DNA of 64,000 bases, from the NCBI GenBank assembly GCA_045578385.1, contig JAZNKD010000034.1, positions 10,234 through 74,233 on the forward strand. Reading direction: 5' to 3'. This document shows, in pieces, positions 18,195 to 27,555 of this stretch. Source of the DNA: Eubacteriales bacterium (GTDB lineage Bacteria; Bacillota; Clostridia; Oscillospirales; CAG-272). Each line of letters starts with the position of its first letter. Position 1 is the first letter of the stretch. The translations under genes were made by a program, and so were the position numbers. A model generated the notes under the pieces. It was not told the origin of the DNA. It was given only the letters and a program-made list of their open reading frames with translations, and searched no databases.

Positions 18195-19145
18195 TTAGGA
18201 GATTTTATCTTTGATTTTTGGCGGGTAGTTCAAAATAAATATACCAAGGCAAACGAGAATAAGCGCCGCTATAAGATTAACTATTCCTACGTTGCTGCTT
18301 TCCGTGAGCAAGAGCGCTGTAAGCATAACTCCGAAGATAGGAGTAGTGAAGCTGAATATTGTAACCTTTGACACGGGGTTGTACTTGAGCAGAATTCCCC
18401 ATAGCGAGTAGGCTATAGCTGAAAGGAAGGCGAGGTATACGAGAACTGCAATGCCCTTACCGCTGTCAATATTGATTTTTCCGCCAAAAGAAAGTCCGAT
18501 AATTATCATTACGGCTCCGCCGAGTATAAATTGATAGCCGCTTATAGTAACGGGGTCCTCATTCTTTGAGAATATCTTTATAAGGGTTGAGGATATGGCA
18601 AGCGAAATTGCAGAGAATACGCAAAATCCGTCGCCGAGAAAGTTCATAGTGAGGTTAAGACCGGTAAGATTTATAACCACAATTCCGCCAAGACCTAACA
18701 CGCACGCCACTATCTTTTTTGTATTAAGCTTTTCGAGCCTGAATATAAGAGAAGATACGAGGATTGCAAAAAAAGTTGATGATCCGGTAAGAATAGTGCC
18801 CTTAACTCCGCTTGTATTTGCAAGTCCAACGTAGAAGAAGATATATTGCAAAATGGTCTGAAATACCGAAACCAATGCAACTTTTCCCAAGCTTTCTTTC
18901 TTAGGGCAAATGAATTTCTTTCTTGCAATACTGAAGATTACAACCGTAAGCACTCCGGCGAAGAAGAATCGTATCCCAGCAAAAAGTATTGTTGACGGAA
19001 CGTCTTTGTTTGGTAGTAAAAGACCGTATCCGATTTTAATAAACGGCGTTGCACTCCCCCATAAAGCGCAGCATAAAAGCGCGGTGAGAGTTATGAATAA
19101 TGGATGAGAAAAAACACTATCTCCGCTTAGTTTTAATTTTTTCAT
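18195..19145 (-). CDS. DMT/EamA-family transporter
   Basis: About 10 TM helices; LWGSATPFIK, FAGIRF, AYSLW and PIFGV motifs. Confidence 0.9.
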   Translation of the reverse strand: MKKLKLSGDSVFSHPLFITLTALLCCALWGSATPFIKIGYGLLLPNKDVPSTILFAGIRFFFAGVLTVVIFSIARKKFICPKKESLGKVALVSVFQTILQYIFFYVGLANTSGVKGTILTGSSTFFAILVSSLIFRLEKLNTKKIVACVLGLGGIVVINLTGLNLTMNFLGDGFCVFSAISLAISSTLIKIFSKNEDPVTISGYQFILGGAVMIIIGLSFGGKINIDSGKGIAVLVYLAFLSAIAYSLWGILLKYNPVSKVTIFSFTTPIFGVMLTALLLTESSNVGIVNLIAALILVCLGIFILNYPPKIKDKIS

Positions 19146-19190
19146 AAACGATGATACTCCGTGAATTATATTATAAAAACTACGAGTATT

Positions 19191-19219
19191 ATCATAACAT
19201 ACGGTAAATATAAAGTCAA
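19191..19219 (-). promoter_or_regulatory. Sigma-A promoter for DMT transporter
   Basis: TTGACT-17nt-TATGAT with TG extension. Confidence 0.6.
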
Positions 19220-19247
19220 GTAAAAGAGTTTATGTGAGAATTATTTT

Positions 19248-21029
19248 TTATAAGGCTCCGGAGGGTTGATTTTCCGTTGAATAGATTGGCTCGTGGCCAT
19301 ATGCTTCCTTGTAGAATAAATTCCATACGGCAGCATTCTCCGCCATCATCTTGCCCACTCTTTTTCTTTCGTCAAGCTGTTCGTCGGGGTATATGGGAGC
19401 ACCGATGTTTACGGTATATTCCTGAACGGGAAATCCGTCCTTATCGATAACGTCGGAATCTTTCATAGTTATGAAGCATGGAAGCACGGGGACGTTGTTT
19501 TTTACAGCAAAGCTATATCCGCCGGGCTTTAATGGTTTGGGTTTTCTGTAATTGTACCACATACTTTGCTCGGGATAGATAAGAATGAAATTTCCGGCCT
19601 TAAGCAATATATTGGTCGCTTCAATGAATTTTTTCAGAGTTTTTCGGTTTGAAGATAGCGGCAATGTGCGGCAGTTTCGCATAAGGAATCCGTAAAAGCC
19701 CGGGAAATTTGTATAATTTCCTTCTTTGATTATGCGATAAAATTTTCTTTTTTTGTGTTCGGAAGCATCGTACGCTTTTTGAATTGCAAAGCTGTCGTAC
19801 GCGTTGAAATGATTGCAGGTTATTACGGCGCCGCAGTTTAAGTTTCTAAAATGCTCGATACCTTTTATTTCTTTTATGCAAAATTGTTTTTTCTTAGTAA
19901 GCCGTCTGACAAAAAATCTTGCCGCTGAAAATGCTACGGCGGTTTTTATTTTTTTGAAAATACTGTTATCAAGATAATTGATATCGTCGGGCATAAGCGC
20001 CTTTGAGGGAGGATCGTTTTCCACATCAACTTCGAATGCGCCCGATTTTTCGAGGAGCTCTATTTTTTTGAGAATTTCAACTCTGTCGGCAGAACGAGCC
20101 TTTGTGTTAAGCTGTGCGAGGTAATTATCCTCGCGGTTTATTTCGGATATTGCAAGCTTAAGAAGATTGTCGCACGATTTTTTGTCTTTTTCGCGATCTT
20201 CGTCGGTATATGATTCAAGCTCGTGTTCTATTTTTTCGTATATCGAAGTTTCGGAGGCGTAGCTCAGAAATACGTCTGAAAATCTGCAGTCGCGGTAATG
20301 CCAGGGCTTGTTGGTCATAATATAATGAATGACGTTGGCTTCTTCTATGGGATACGCTATCTCGCCGAATACCTCGGTATTCCATCTCTGATCAAGCCAT
20401 AATACCCGATCTTTGCAAATCAGATTCAGATAATCCTCGTCTTGCGTTACCACAAAATTGTATTCTCCGAGAAGTGCGATAAATTTGTCAAGGAGATTTT
20501 TTCTTCTGAATTCCCGACAGTTAATAAGAAGCACTCCTGCGTTAAAGAAGCTGTACCTCGATATACCTACGACCTTTTCGGCGTACGTTCCGTACTCATT
20601 GGTTTGTATCATTACTTGTTCGTGGCAGGCAGCTACGTAATTGTCCTTAAGGTCGTTTTCGTAAAGACGGCTGATATCGCCCTGCACAACGGTATCGCTG
20701 TCAATGTAAATGGCTTTATCGTATCCCGGAAATACTTCTGCAATAAACATTCTGTAATAGGTGGTTTTTGAATAATAATCGCGTATCGGGAGCTTGTCCG
20801 ATATCGAATTGAGTCTGTCGCCGAGATTTATAAACGATACGGTAAAGTTGCTTGCTTGAAGCTTCAAAAGCTCGTTCTTCATTTCGTCGGATATTTCCGT
20901 GTGAAGAATATATACTCTGTAATCATACTCGGTGGACGCGTTTTTCATCATAGACGAGAGGGATACGATGGTGTATTTTATGAAATTATCGTCGCAGGCG
21001 TAAAAAATGGGTATTATTTTTCTGTTCAT
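19248..21029 (-). CDS. GT8 glycosyltransferase fused to a lysophospholipid acyltransferase (LPLAT/PlsC-like) domain
   Basis: N-half: ACDDNF, YYRMF, YIDSD (DxD), FNAGVLLIN, QDEDYLN, IHY..KPW. C-half: CNHFNAYD (HX4D), IYPEQ, PVLPCF. Confidence 0.88.
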   Translation of the reverse strand: MNRKIIPIFYACDDNFIKYTIVSLSSMMKNASTEYDYRVYILHTEISDEMKNELLKLQASNFTVSFINLGDRLNSISDKLPIRDYYSKTTYYRMFIAEVFPGYDKAIYIDSDTVVQGDISRLYENDLKDNYVAACHEQVMIQTNEYGTYAEKVVGISRYSFFNAGVLLINCREFRRKNLLDKFIALLGEYNFVVTQDEDYLNLICKDRVLWLDQRWNTEVFGEIAYPIEEANVIHYIMTNKPWHYRDCRFSDVFLSYASETSIYEKIEHELESYTDEDREKDKKSCDNLLKLAISEINREDNYLAQLNTKARSADRVEILKKIELLEKSGAFEVDVENDPPSKALMPDDINYLDNSIFKKIKTAVAFSAARFFVRRLTKKKQFCIKEIKGIEHFRNLNCGAVITCNHFNAYDSFAIQKAYDASEHKKRKFYRIIKEGNYTNFPGFYGFLMRNCRTLPLSSNRKTLKKFIEATNILLKAGNFILIYPEQSMWYNYRKPKPLKPGGYSFAVKNNVPVLPCFITMKDSDVIDKDGFPVQEYTVNIGAPIYPDEQLDERKRVGKMMAENAAVWNLFYKEAYGHEPIYSTENQPSGAL

Positions 21030-21865
21030 CGATTTTGCTTCTCCGTGATGTATTTTTTCTTTAAGTATACGTATTCATAAAGAATATCGTCAAGGCTGTA
21101 ATATCCAAAGGTTTTATGAATTCTGCTGACCTGCCACTGCTTTATATTATCGGTATGAGGGTAGGGGAGCCAGAAAAGTCTTTTTGAAAAATGGCGCACT
21201 ACAGTGTTTTTGTGCAAGAATTTCTGATCGTTGAATCTTTGCGGTAAAAGCTTTCTTTTGGTGGTTGATCTTATGAGCGCGCTTTGGTCCGCGAATACGA
21301 GCTTCTTTTCTTTAATAAGCGCACGCGCTTTTGCAAAAAGTCCCGTTTCCTTTGCAATACGCATATTAAAAAGCAGAACGCCCGCGTTTATGTAGCCTGG
21401 ATTCACGAGGTATTTGCCGTAATGGTCTCTTGCTGCAGCATATTCGTAATCTGATACGTCTATTTTGTAAAGAAGACGTATATCGCGGTTAAACAGTACG
21501 TCTGCATCCAGGTATAAAAGCTTATCGGGGATGTCCGTTACCTTATCCGCGAAAAGACGTATGAGTGTGTAGGGTGAGCAATAAGCGTCTTCATTCGGGC
21601 ATCCCGAAAACTCTTTCATATAAAGCTCGGTTACGTCGGTTTTTAAGACCTTGTTATTCGGATTGTATTCTTTTACTGTTTCGGATAAAAAATCTATCTT
21701 GCCGTCGTTTATCGGTATGTAGTCTTCCTTAATGCCGGAAAGATCCATGGTGAAAATATAGAAAGCAAACGCCTCTCTCGTGCAGCTTCGCTTCAAAATA
21801 GAGAGCGCGGCGGTCAAAATACCGTCGAACACTCCGTCGTTTCCACAAAACAATATATTAATCAT
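21026..21865 (-). CDS. GT8-family glycosyltransferase
   Basis: LLYLDADV (DxD), YINAGVLLFN, DQSAL and VRHF; overlaps both neighbours. Confidence 0.85.
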   Translation of the reverse strand: MINILFCGNDGVFDGILTAALSILKRSCTREAFAFYIFTMDLSGIKEDYIPINDGKIDFLSETVKEYNPNNKVLKTDVTELYMKEFSGCPNEDAYCSPYTLIRLFADKVTDIPDKLLYLDADVLFNRDIRLLYKIDVSDYEYAAARDHYGKYLVNPGYINAGVLLFNMRIAKETGLFAKARALIKEKKLVFADQSALIRSTTKRKLLPQRFNDQKFLHKNTVVRHFSKRLFWLPYPHTDNIKQWQVSRIHKTFGYYSLDDILYEYVYLKKKYITEKQNR

Positions 21866-22652
21866 TCGTTTTCTCTCTTCTAACGTACTTTATTTTTTCA
21901 AAGCTTGAGAGCCTTGCCCTGTTGCACATACAGGAGTAAACTTCGTCCCGAAGCTCTTTACGCTTTTCTCGGGGAGCGGAGTCCGGGTTGGCAAAAAATG
22001 GACCGTCTACGTAAGTGATTATTTTCGTAATTCCGAAAAGCTTTCGCTTGTGATAGGTGTTCGTGAAGCAGAAAATCGGAACGTTGAGCTTCACGGGATA
22101 CGCGAATGACGTGTCGGAAAACGGACGTATTTTCGTGTAGTACGGCCAGATGTGAGCCTCGGGGTAAACCACTATTACACGCTTTTCTGCGATTCGCCTC
22201 TCGATAGCGGCAAGAAAGTTTTTATACGCGCCGATATCGTCGGGTAATGGAATTGCACCGAGAGAGGGAGTTATCCTGCCAAGGTACGGCATCGAAACGT
22301 TGTTGGGATGCACTATTGCATATTTGTCCTTTGAAAATGCGAGCATATTAGGAATAAATGCGTCGGCAATGTCCTGGGTATGATTTCCGTAAAGAAAATA
22401 GCCTGTTTTTTTGAATTTCTTCAATTTTTTATCACCGACGGTTTTGTGTGCAAAAACCAGCTTTGTGTAGAGGAACGCTATGGGGGTGGCAACGATTCTG
22501 TACCAGAAAAAGTGCGTAATTCTTTTAAAGATTGAGTCGTAGCAGTATACGTAATTTGAATCAATTTTCTTCGGTGTTATTTTTGCCCGGGAAAGCTCGT
22601 CGTTTAGCTCGTCCTCGTAATAAATGATTTTTCTCTTTTCCACATTATCCAT
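21858..22652 (-). CDS. LPLAT/PlsC-like acyltransferase
   Basis: GNHTQDIAD, LGAIP and VYPEAHIWPY (variant of FPEGT). Confidence 0.8.
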   Translation of the reverse strand: MDNVEKRKIIYYEDELNDELSRAKITPKKIDSNYVYCYDSIFKRITHFFWYRIVATPIAFLYTKLVFAHKTVGDKKLKKFKKTGYFLYGNHTQDIADAFIPNMLAFSKDKYAIVHPNNVSMPYLGRITPSLGAIPLPDDIGAYKNFLAAIERRIAEKRVIVVYPEAHIWPYYTKIRPFSDTSFAYPVKLNVPIFCFTNTYHKRKLFGITKIITYVDGPFFANPDSAPREKRKELRDEVYSCMCNRARLSSFEKIKYVRREKTND

Positions 22653-22694
22653 CCTTTGCTTTTGGTTAACAGCTTCCTTTTTGGCGGCGCTAAA

Positions 22695-22723
22695 AGTATA
22701 TCACGGGAGAAAAACAAATTCAA
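22695..22723 (-). promoter_or_regulatory. Sigma-A promoter for the acyltransferase/GT8 operon
   Basis: TTGAAT-17nt-TATACT with TG extension. Confidence 0.6.
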
Positions 22724-22827
22724 CGTTTTCTCCTCTCAACTTAATTCTATGGATAATAGAATTCTCATTCGATATGAACCTGGGCGTCGACGGTACTCCA
22801 CAAAAGTGAGAATTCACTCAAAACAGG

Positions 22828-22856
22828 TTGACTTGCAGCAATTTTGGTAGTATAAT
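22828..22856 (+). promoter_or_regulatory. Sigma-A promoter for XRE regulator/hydrolase
   Basis: TTGACT-17nt-TATAAT. Confidence 0.7.
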
Positions 22857-22968
22857 TGTAGGAAAAGGGCGGTTTTTAAAAATATCGAAAATTATATGCT
22901 TTTTACGCCGATATATAAATTGAAAACGATAGTTTACATAATTGAATTGCTGAAAGGGCGGATATAAA

Positions 22969-23583
22969 TTGAATAATACCAAAGAAATTATTGCAAAAAA
23001 CCTGGTTGCGCTAAGAAAATCCCGTAAATATACACAGCAAGAATTGGCAGAAAAACTAAATTATTCTGATAAAGCTATATCGCGCTGGGAACACGCAGAG
23101 ACACTTCCGGATATAGAGACGCTTTGTAAGATATGTGATATATACGGCGTAAAATTTGAATATCTTTTGCAAGAGGAGCAGCCTCTGAAAAATAATCCTT
23201 ACGTAATAAGAACGGACATACCAAGCAGAATTGTTACTATGTGTATTGCGGTTTGCGCTGTGTGGATAGTCGCGTTTATTGCTTATATGTACACGAATAC
23301 TCTGTTTGGGAATAACAGATGGACCCTCTTTATATGGGCCATTCCGATATCTTGCGTAGTGTGTCAGGTTTATAATAAGCTTTATTTTTCCAATAATGCG
23401 TTCAGATGTGTAATGTATTCCGTAGCTCAATGGAGCGCGATACTTGCTTTGTATTTGCAATTTTTAGAGCATAATATATGGATGCTTTTCATCACGGGTG
23501 TGCCTATTCAAGCTGTAATAATACTTACTACCATTCTTAAATACAAGTCCATAAACATTCGTTCAACCAAGGGGGATACGTAA
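22969..23583 (+). CDS. XRE-family HTH regulator with C-terminal transmembrane domain
   Basis: LRKSRKYTQQELAEKLNYSDKAISRWE..PD; about four hydrophobic helices after aa 88; TTG start. Confidence 0.85.
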   Translation: MNNTKEIIAKNLVALRKSRKYTQQELAEKLNYSDKAISRWEHAETLPDIETLCKICDIYGVKFEYLLQEEQPLKNNPYVIRTDIPSRIVTMCIAVCAVWIVAFIAYMYTNTLFGNNRWTLFIWAIPISCVVCQVYNKLYFSNNAFRCVMYSVAQWSAILALYLQFLEHNIWMLFITGVPIQAVIILTTILKYKSINIRSTKGDT

Positions 23584-24533
23584 TGGGTGCTGCCGCTATT
23601 GTTATTTTGGTGTTTGAAATTCTAGGTTTATTGGCTTTACTGATTGCGTTTCTCGGCGGATATATTACCTACCGTATGGCGTTTTATAATAATCCAAAAA
23701 AGAACAAGGTTGATCCGTATAAGTACATTAAGGACAGCGACGAGCCGAGAAATCTTTTCTCGAAATCTCTTATAGATCGCGTTTTGTCTATACCGTGTGA
23801 AAATATATACATAACGTCGTATGACGGACTAAAGCTGCGAGGAAGGTTGTATATAGTTGATAAAAACGCTCCGTTTGCCATTCAGTTTCACGGATATAAA
23901 AGCTCACCTATGATCGATTTTTCAGGCGGTGGCGAGATGGTTATGAAAATGGGCGTAAACGTAATTATGGTCGACGAAAGAGCGTGCGGAGAAAGCGAAG
24001 GAAGAACGGTTTCTTTCGGTTATCACGAGAGTCTTGACGTGCGTTCGTGGGTTAAGTACGTATCGGATAATTACGGAAAAGATAGAAAAATACTGCTCTT
24101 TGGCGTTTCGATGGGTGCTGCAACGGTTATAATTTCCGCAGGACAGGGACTTCCGGATAACGTCGTAGGCGTGTGCGCCGATTGCCCTTGCTCGTCAACC
24201 AAGGAAATAGTTACAAAGGTTATATATGATATGAAGCTTCCCGGAAAGCTCCTCTATCCGCTGGTACGGCTCGGAGCTGTGATTTACGGCAAGTTTGATC
24301 CTAACGTTGCCGAAGCAAAGGCTGCAGTTAAAAATACCCGAATTCCGATTTTACTTGTTCATGGCGAGGGGGATTACTTCGTTCCCTGTAATATGAGCAG
24401 AGATATTGCTAAAAATTCAAAGCTCGTAGAGCTCCATACATTCCCCGAGGCAAGTCACGGATTGAGCTTTGTTTATGATACGGAGCGGTATTTAAAGATA
24501 GCTGAAGAATTTTGCTTAAGATGCTTAAAATGA
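23583..24533 (+). CDS. Membrane-anchored alpha/beta hydrolase
   Basis: N-terminal TM; HGY, GVSMG, HGEGD and SHG motifs; stop/start overlap with the XRE gene. Confidence 0.85.
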   Translation: MGAAAIVILVFEILGLLALLIAFLGGYITYRMAFYNNPKKNKVDPYKYIKDSDEPRNLFSKSLIDRVLSIPCENIYITSYDGLKLRGRLYIVDKNAPFAIQFHGYKSSPMIDFSGGGEMVMKMGVNVIMVDERACGESEGRTVSFGYHESLDVRSWVKYVSDNYGKDRKILLFGVSMGAATVIISAGQGLPDNVVGVCADCPCSSTKEIVTKVIYDMKLPGKLLYPLVRLGAVIYGKFDPNVAEAKAAVKNTRIPILLVHGEGDYFVPCNMSRDIAKNSKLVELHTFPEASHGLSFVYDTERYLKIAEEFCLRCLK

Positions 24534-24583
24534 TCGTTTTTTATATTAAATGAAAACAATTAGTCACAATAGGAGAAAAAACA

Positions 24584-27472
24584 ATGAAACCCGAAAAAAA
24601 TATGCATGGATTTGAATTTGTGTCTTCCAGAGAAATTCCCGAGCTTTCCGGAACTCTCCATGAAGCTGTTTATAAGAAAAACGGAGCAAGGCTTTTGTTC
24701 ATTGACCGAGAGGACGTAAATAAAACGTTTGCTATAGCTTTTAAAACTATACCCACCGATGATACCGGAGTTTTTCATATTATAGAGCATTCTGTGCTTT
24801 GCGGCTCAGAAAAATATCCTGTAAAGGAGCCGTTTGTGGAGCTTCTTAAGGGCTCGCTAAAAACCTTTCTTAACGCATTTACTTTCCCTGACAAAACAAT
24901 GTATCCCGTTTCTTCAAGAAACGACAGAGATTTTTTAAATCTCGTTGATATTTATATGGATGCGGTGCTTCATCCGCTTGCAGCCAAGAAAAAAGAAATA
25001 TTCTATCAGGAAGGCTGGCATTACGAGCTTCATAAAGCGAGCGACGAGCTTACTTATAAAGGGGTTGTGTTTAACGAAATGAAGGGTGCATATTCTTCTG
25101 CCGACGAGGTTGAGATGGAAGAAATGTCTGCGCTTCTGTATAACGGTAGCTGCTACGGACGCGACTCGGGCGGAAACCCTCTCGCCATTCCCAAGCTTAC
25201 TTATGAGGATTTCGTTGCATCTCACGAAAAATACTATCATCCGTCAAACTCAAGAATTATTCTTGACGGAAGCATTGACCTTGATAAAACCTTAGCTCTT
25301 CTCGATTCCTTCCTCTCGCAGTATGATTATCTCGAGGTTGATTCGGATATTCCTATGGTTGAACCTGCAGGTCACGTGCAAAAGACTATTGCTTATGAGA
25401 TTTCGGCAGGTGAAGACCCCGAGGGAAAGGCAAGAATTTGCCTCGGCTTTGCTGCGTCGGATTTCAGTGACAGAAAGACTGTTACGGCGCTTGCGATACT
25501 CTCTGATGCAATCGCGGGTACGAACGAATCTGTTTTTAAAAAGGCAATGCTTGATTCGGGACTTTGCGAGGACATAAGCTTTATATCATATGACGGACTT
25601 CAGCAGAATTCCGTGCTTATAGAAATAAAGAACGTTAAGGAGCAAAATATAGACAGAGTCAGAGAGCTTTGCTTTGACACGCTAAAGGCTATTGCCGAAA
25701 ACGGAATCGACCGAAACGCTCTTTTGGCATCTCATAACAGTCTAGAATTCCGTATGCGTGAGCAGGATATGGCCACTTTCCCCGCGGGAATTGCATACGC
25801 TATAGCGGCGCTTGATACCTGGCTTTACGGCGGTGATCCTATGACCTCGCTTTCGTTTGAAGCTGATATAGCATCTTTGCGCGAGGAGCTTGCGACAAAT
25901 TACTACGAGGAGCTTATAAGACGAATATTCCTGACATCCAAGCACAGCGCATCACTTTATATGCTTCCGTCCACAAAGCTTGGTGAGCAGAGAGTTGCAG
26001 CTGAAAAAAACAGATTATCTCTTGTTAAGGCGAATATGAGTGCTGATGAGCTTGATGCGCTCGTAAAGCTTAACGAGGAGCTTGAAGCATGGCAGAAGTC
26101 GTCAGACACCGCGGAGGCCCTGGCGACAATTCCGTCGCTTTCGGTTGAAGATATAAATAAGCTTCCCGAAAAATATCCGTCGGTCAGCTATGATATTGAC
26201 GGCGTGCCCGCGCTTTATACTGAATCAAGCTCAAGAGGCATTACTTACACGAGCCTTCTGTTCGACATTTCCGATTTTGACGAAAAGGAGCTTTCGCTTG
26301 CGTCATTGATTACGGAGCTGATGAAGAACGTCAGCACCGATAAATCAGACGCGATATCCTTGCAGAACAAAATTAAAACCGAGCTCGGTTCTTTAAGCTT
26401 TGGCTCTATAGTTGCCACGAAGGACGGAAGGGTAACTCCTTATATTCAGATTGGCATAAGCTGTCTCGACTCAAAGAGAGACTCAGCCGCAGAGCTTTTC
26501 GAGGAGGTTGCGCTTCACTCGCAGTTCACCGATAAATCGGTTATTGAAATAATAGTTAAGCAGATAAAGGCTCAGAGCGCCGAGGCAATAGCCGCTTCAG
26601 GTCACTCGGTTGCATTTTCGAGAGCTGCGTCGTACGTGAGCGCGGAAGCTGCTGTCAGCGAATATACGGACGGACTCGAAAATTACCTCTGGATAAAGGA
26701 GCTTGATAGGAGTTTCGAAAGCAGATTCGACGAGCTTTCGGCAGACCTTGCAAAAACTGCGGCAAAAATCTTTACGAAGGCGAGACTTACCGCTTGCCAT
26801 TCGGGCAAAAGAGCCGATGATTATATTAAGAAGATTGTCGATTTTCTCCCCGACGGTGAAATATTTGATAAGGGAAGTAAAATCAAGCCTCTCGGCGTAA
26901 GACGGGAGGGGATTCTGATTCCTGCGAGCGTTGCATTTGCTTCGGCGGCAGCAAACGTATTTGACGTGTCTGATAAGCTTCACGGTTCTCTTGGAGTAGT
27001 TCGTTCAATACTTTCCTACGCTTATCTCTGGAACGCTGTAAGAGTGCAGGGCGGAGCTTACGGAGCAGGCTTTATAAAGAGAGCAAACGGAACTATGGGT
27101 TATTATACTTACAGAGATCCCGATGCTAACCGTTCGCTCGGTATTTTCGAGGAAAGCACGGCGTTCTTGCGCTCGCTTGCGGAGTCCGGAGAGGATATTA
27201 CGAATTTCATTATAGGCGCGGTAGGAGACGGAGATCCGCTTATCACGCCCAAAGTCCTTTCAGCTCTCTCTGTAGCATCATATCTCAGAGGCGAAAGCTA
27301 TGAGGACAGAGTGAGAATGCGTACAGAGCTTATTTCTACAAACAAAGAAAATCTTCTCGCTATGGCGGATTTGCTTGATAAAGCTTTTGCCGGTAGTGGA
27401 GTATGCGTTGTTGGCGGTAAGGATAAGCTTGATGAATGCGGCGAAAAGCTTGATTCTGTGATAGAAATTTAA
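24584..27472 (+). CDS. M16C insulinase-family (presequence protease-like) metallopeptidase
   Basis: HIIEH, CGSEKYPVKEPF, NAFTFPDKT, GVVFNEMKG, VRVQGGAYG and YRDP. Confidence 0.93.
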   Translation: MKPEKNMHGFEFVSSREIPELSGTLHEAVYKKNGARLLFIDREDVNKTFAIAFKTIPTDDTGVFHIIEHSVLCGSEKYPVKEPFVELLKGSLKTFLNAFTFPDKTMYPVSSRNDRDFLNLVDIYMDAVLHPLAAKKKEIFYQEGWHYELHKASDELTYKGVVFNEMKGAYSSADEVEMEEMSALLYNGSCYGRDSGGNPLAIPKLTYEDFVASHEKYYHPSNSRIILDGSIDLDKTLALLDSFLSQYDYLEVDSDIPMVEPAGHVQKTIAYEISAGEDPEGKARICLGFAASDFSDRKTVTALAILSDAIAGTNESVFKKAMLDSGLCEDISFISYDGLQQNSVLIEIKNVKEQNIDRVRELCFDTLKAIAENGIDRNALLASHNSLEFRMREQDMATFPAGIAYAIAALDTWLYGGDPMTSLSFEADIASLREELATNYYEELIRRIFLTSKHSASLYMLPSTKLGEQRVAAEKNRLSLVKANMSADELDALVKLNEELEAWQKSSDTAEALATIPSLSVEDINKLPEKYPSVSYDIDGVPALYTESSSRGITYTSLLFDISDFDEKELSLASLITELMKNVSTDKSDAISLQNKIKTELGSLSFGSIVATKDGRVTPYIQIGISCLDSKRDSAAELFEEVALHSQFTDKSVIEIIVKQIKAQSAEAIAASGHSVAFSRAASYVSAEAAVSEYTDGLENYLWIKELDRSFESRFDELSADLAKTAAKIFTKARLTACHSGKRADDYIKKIVDFLPDGEIFDKGSKIKPLGVRREGILIPASVAFASAAANVFDVSDKLHGSLGVVRSILSYAYLWNAVRVQGGAYGAGFIKRANGTMGYYTYRDPDANRSLGIFEESTAFLRSLAESGEDITNFIIGAVGDGDPLITPKVLSALSVASYLRGESYEDRVRMRTELISTNKENLLAMADLLDKAFAGSGVCVVGGKDKLDECGEKLDSVIEI

Positions 27473-27479
27473 AAAACAA

Positions 27480-27544
27480 AAATAAAAAGCGGATAGTTTT
27501 TCACAAGCTTAAAGGAGCAGGGAAAGGTTATCCGCTTTTTATTT
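27480..27544. terminator. Bidirectional terminator
   Basis: AAATAAAAAGCGGATA / TATCCGCTTTTTATTT inverted repeat. Confidence 0.8.
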
Positions 27545-27555
27545 AATTCAGTTTT

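Noticed and set aside
19234-22814. 9-bp direct repeat GTGAGAATT on both sides of the GT8 operon (19234-19242 and 22806-22814)
   Set aside because: Short and AT-rich enough to be chance; no mobility gene or evident composition shift
22759-22815. CCTGGGC/GTCGAC words reminiscent of a ZTP riboswitch
   Set aside because: Elements are in the wrong order, the other conserved parts are missing, and the site lies upstream of both promoters
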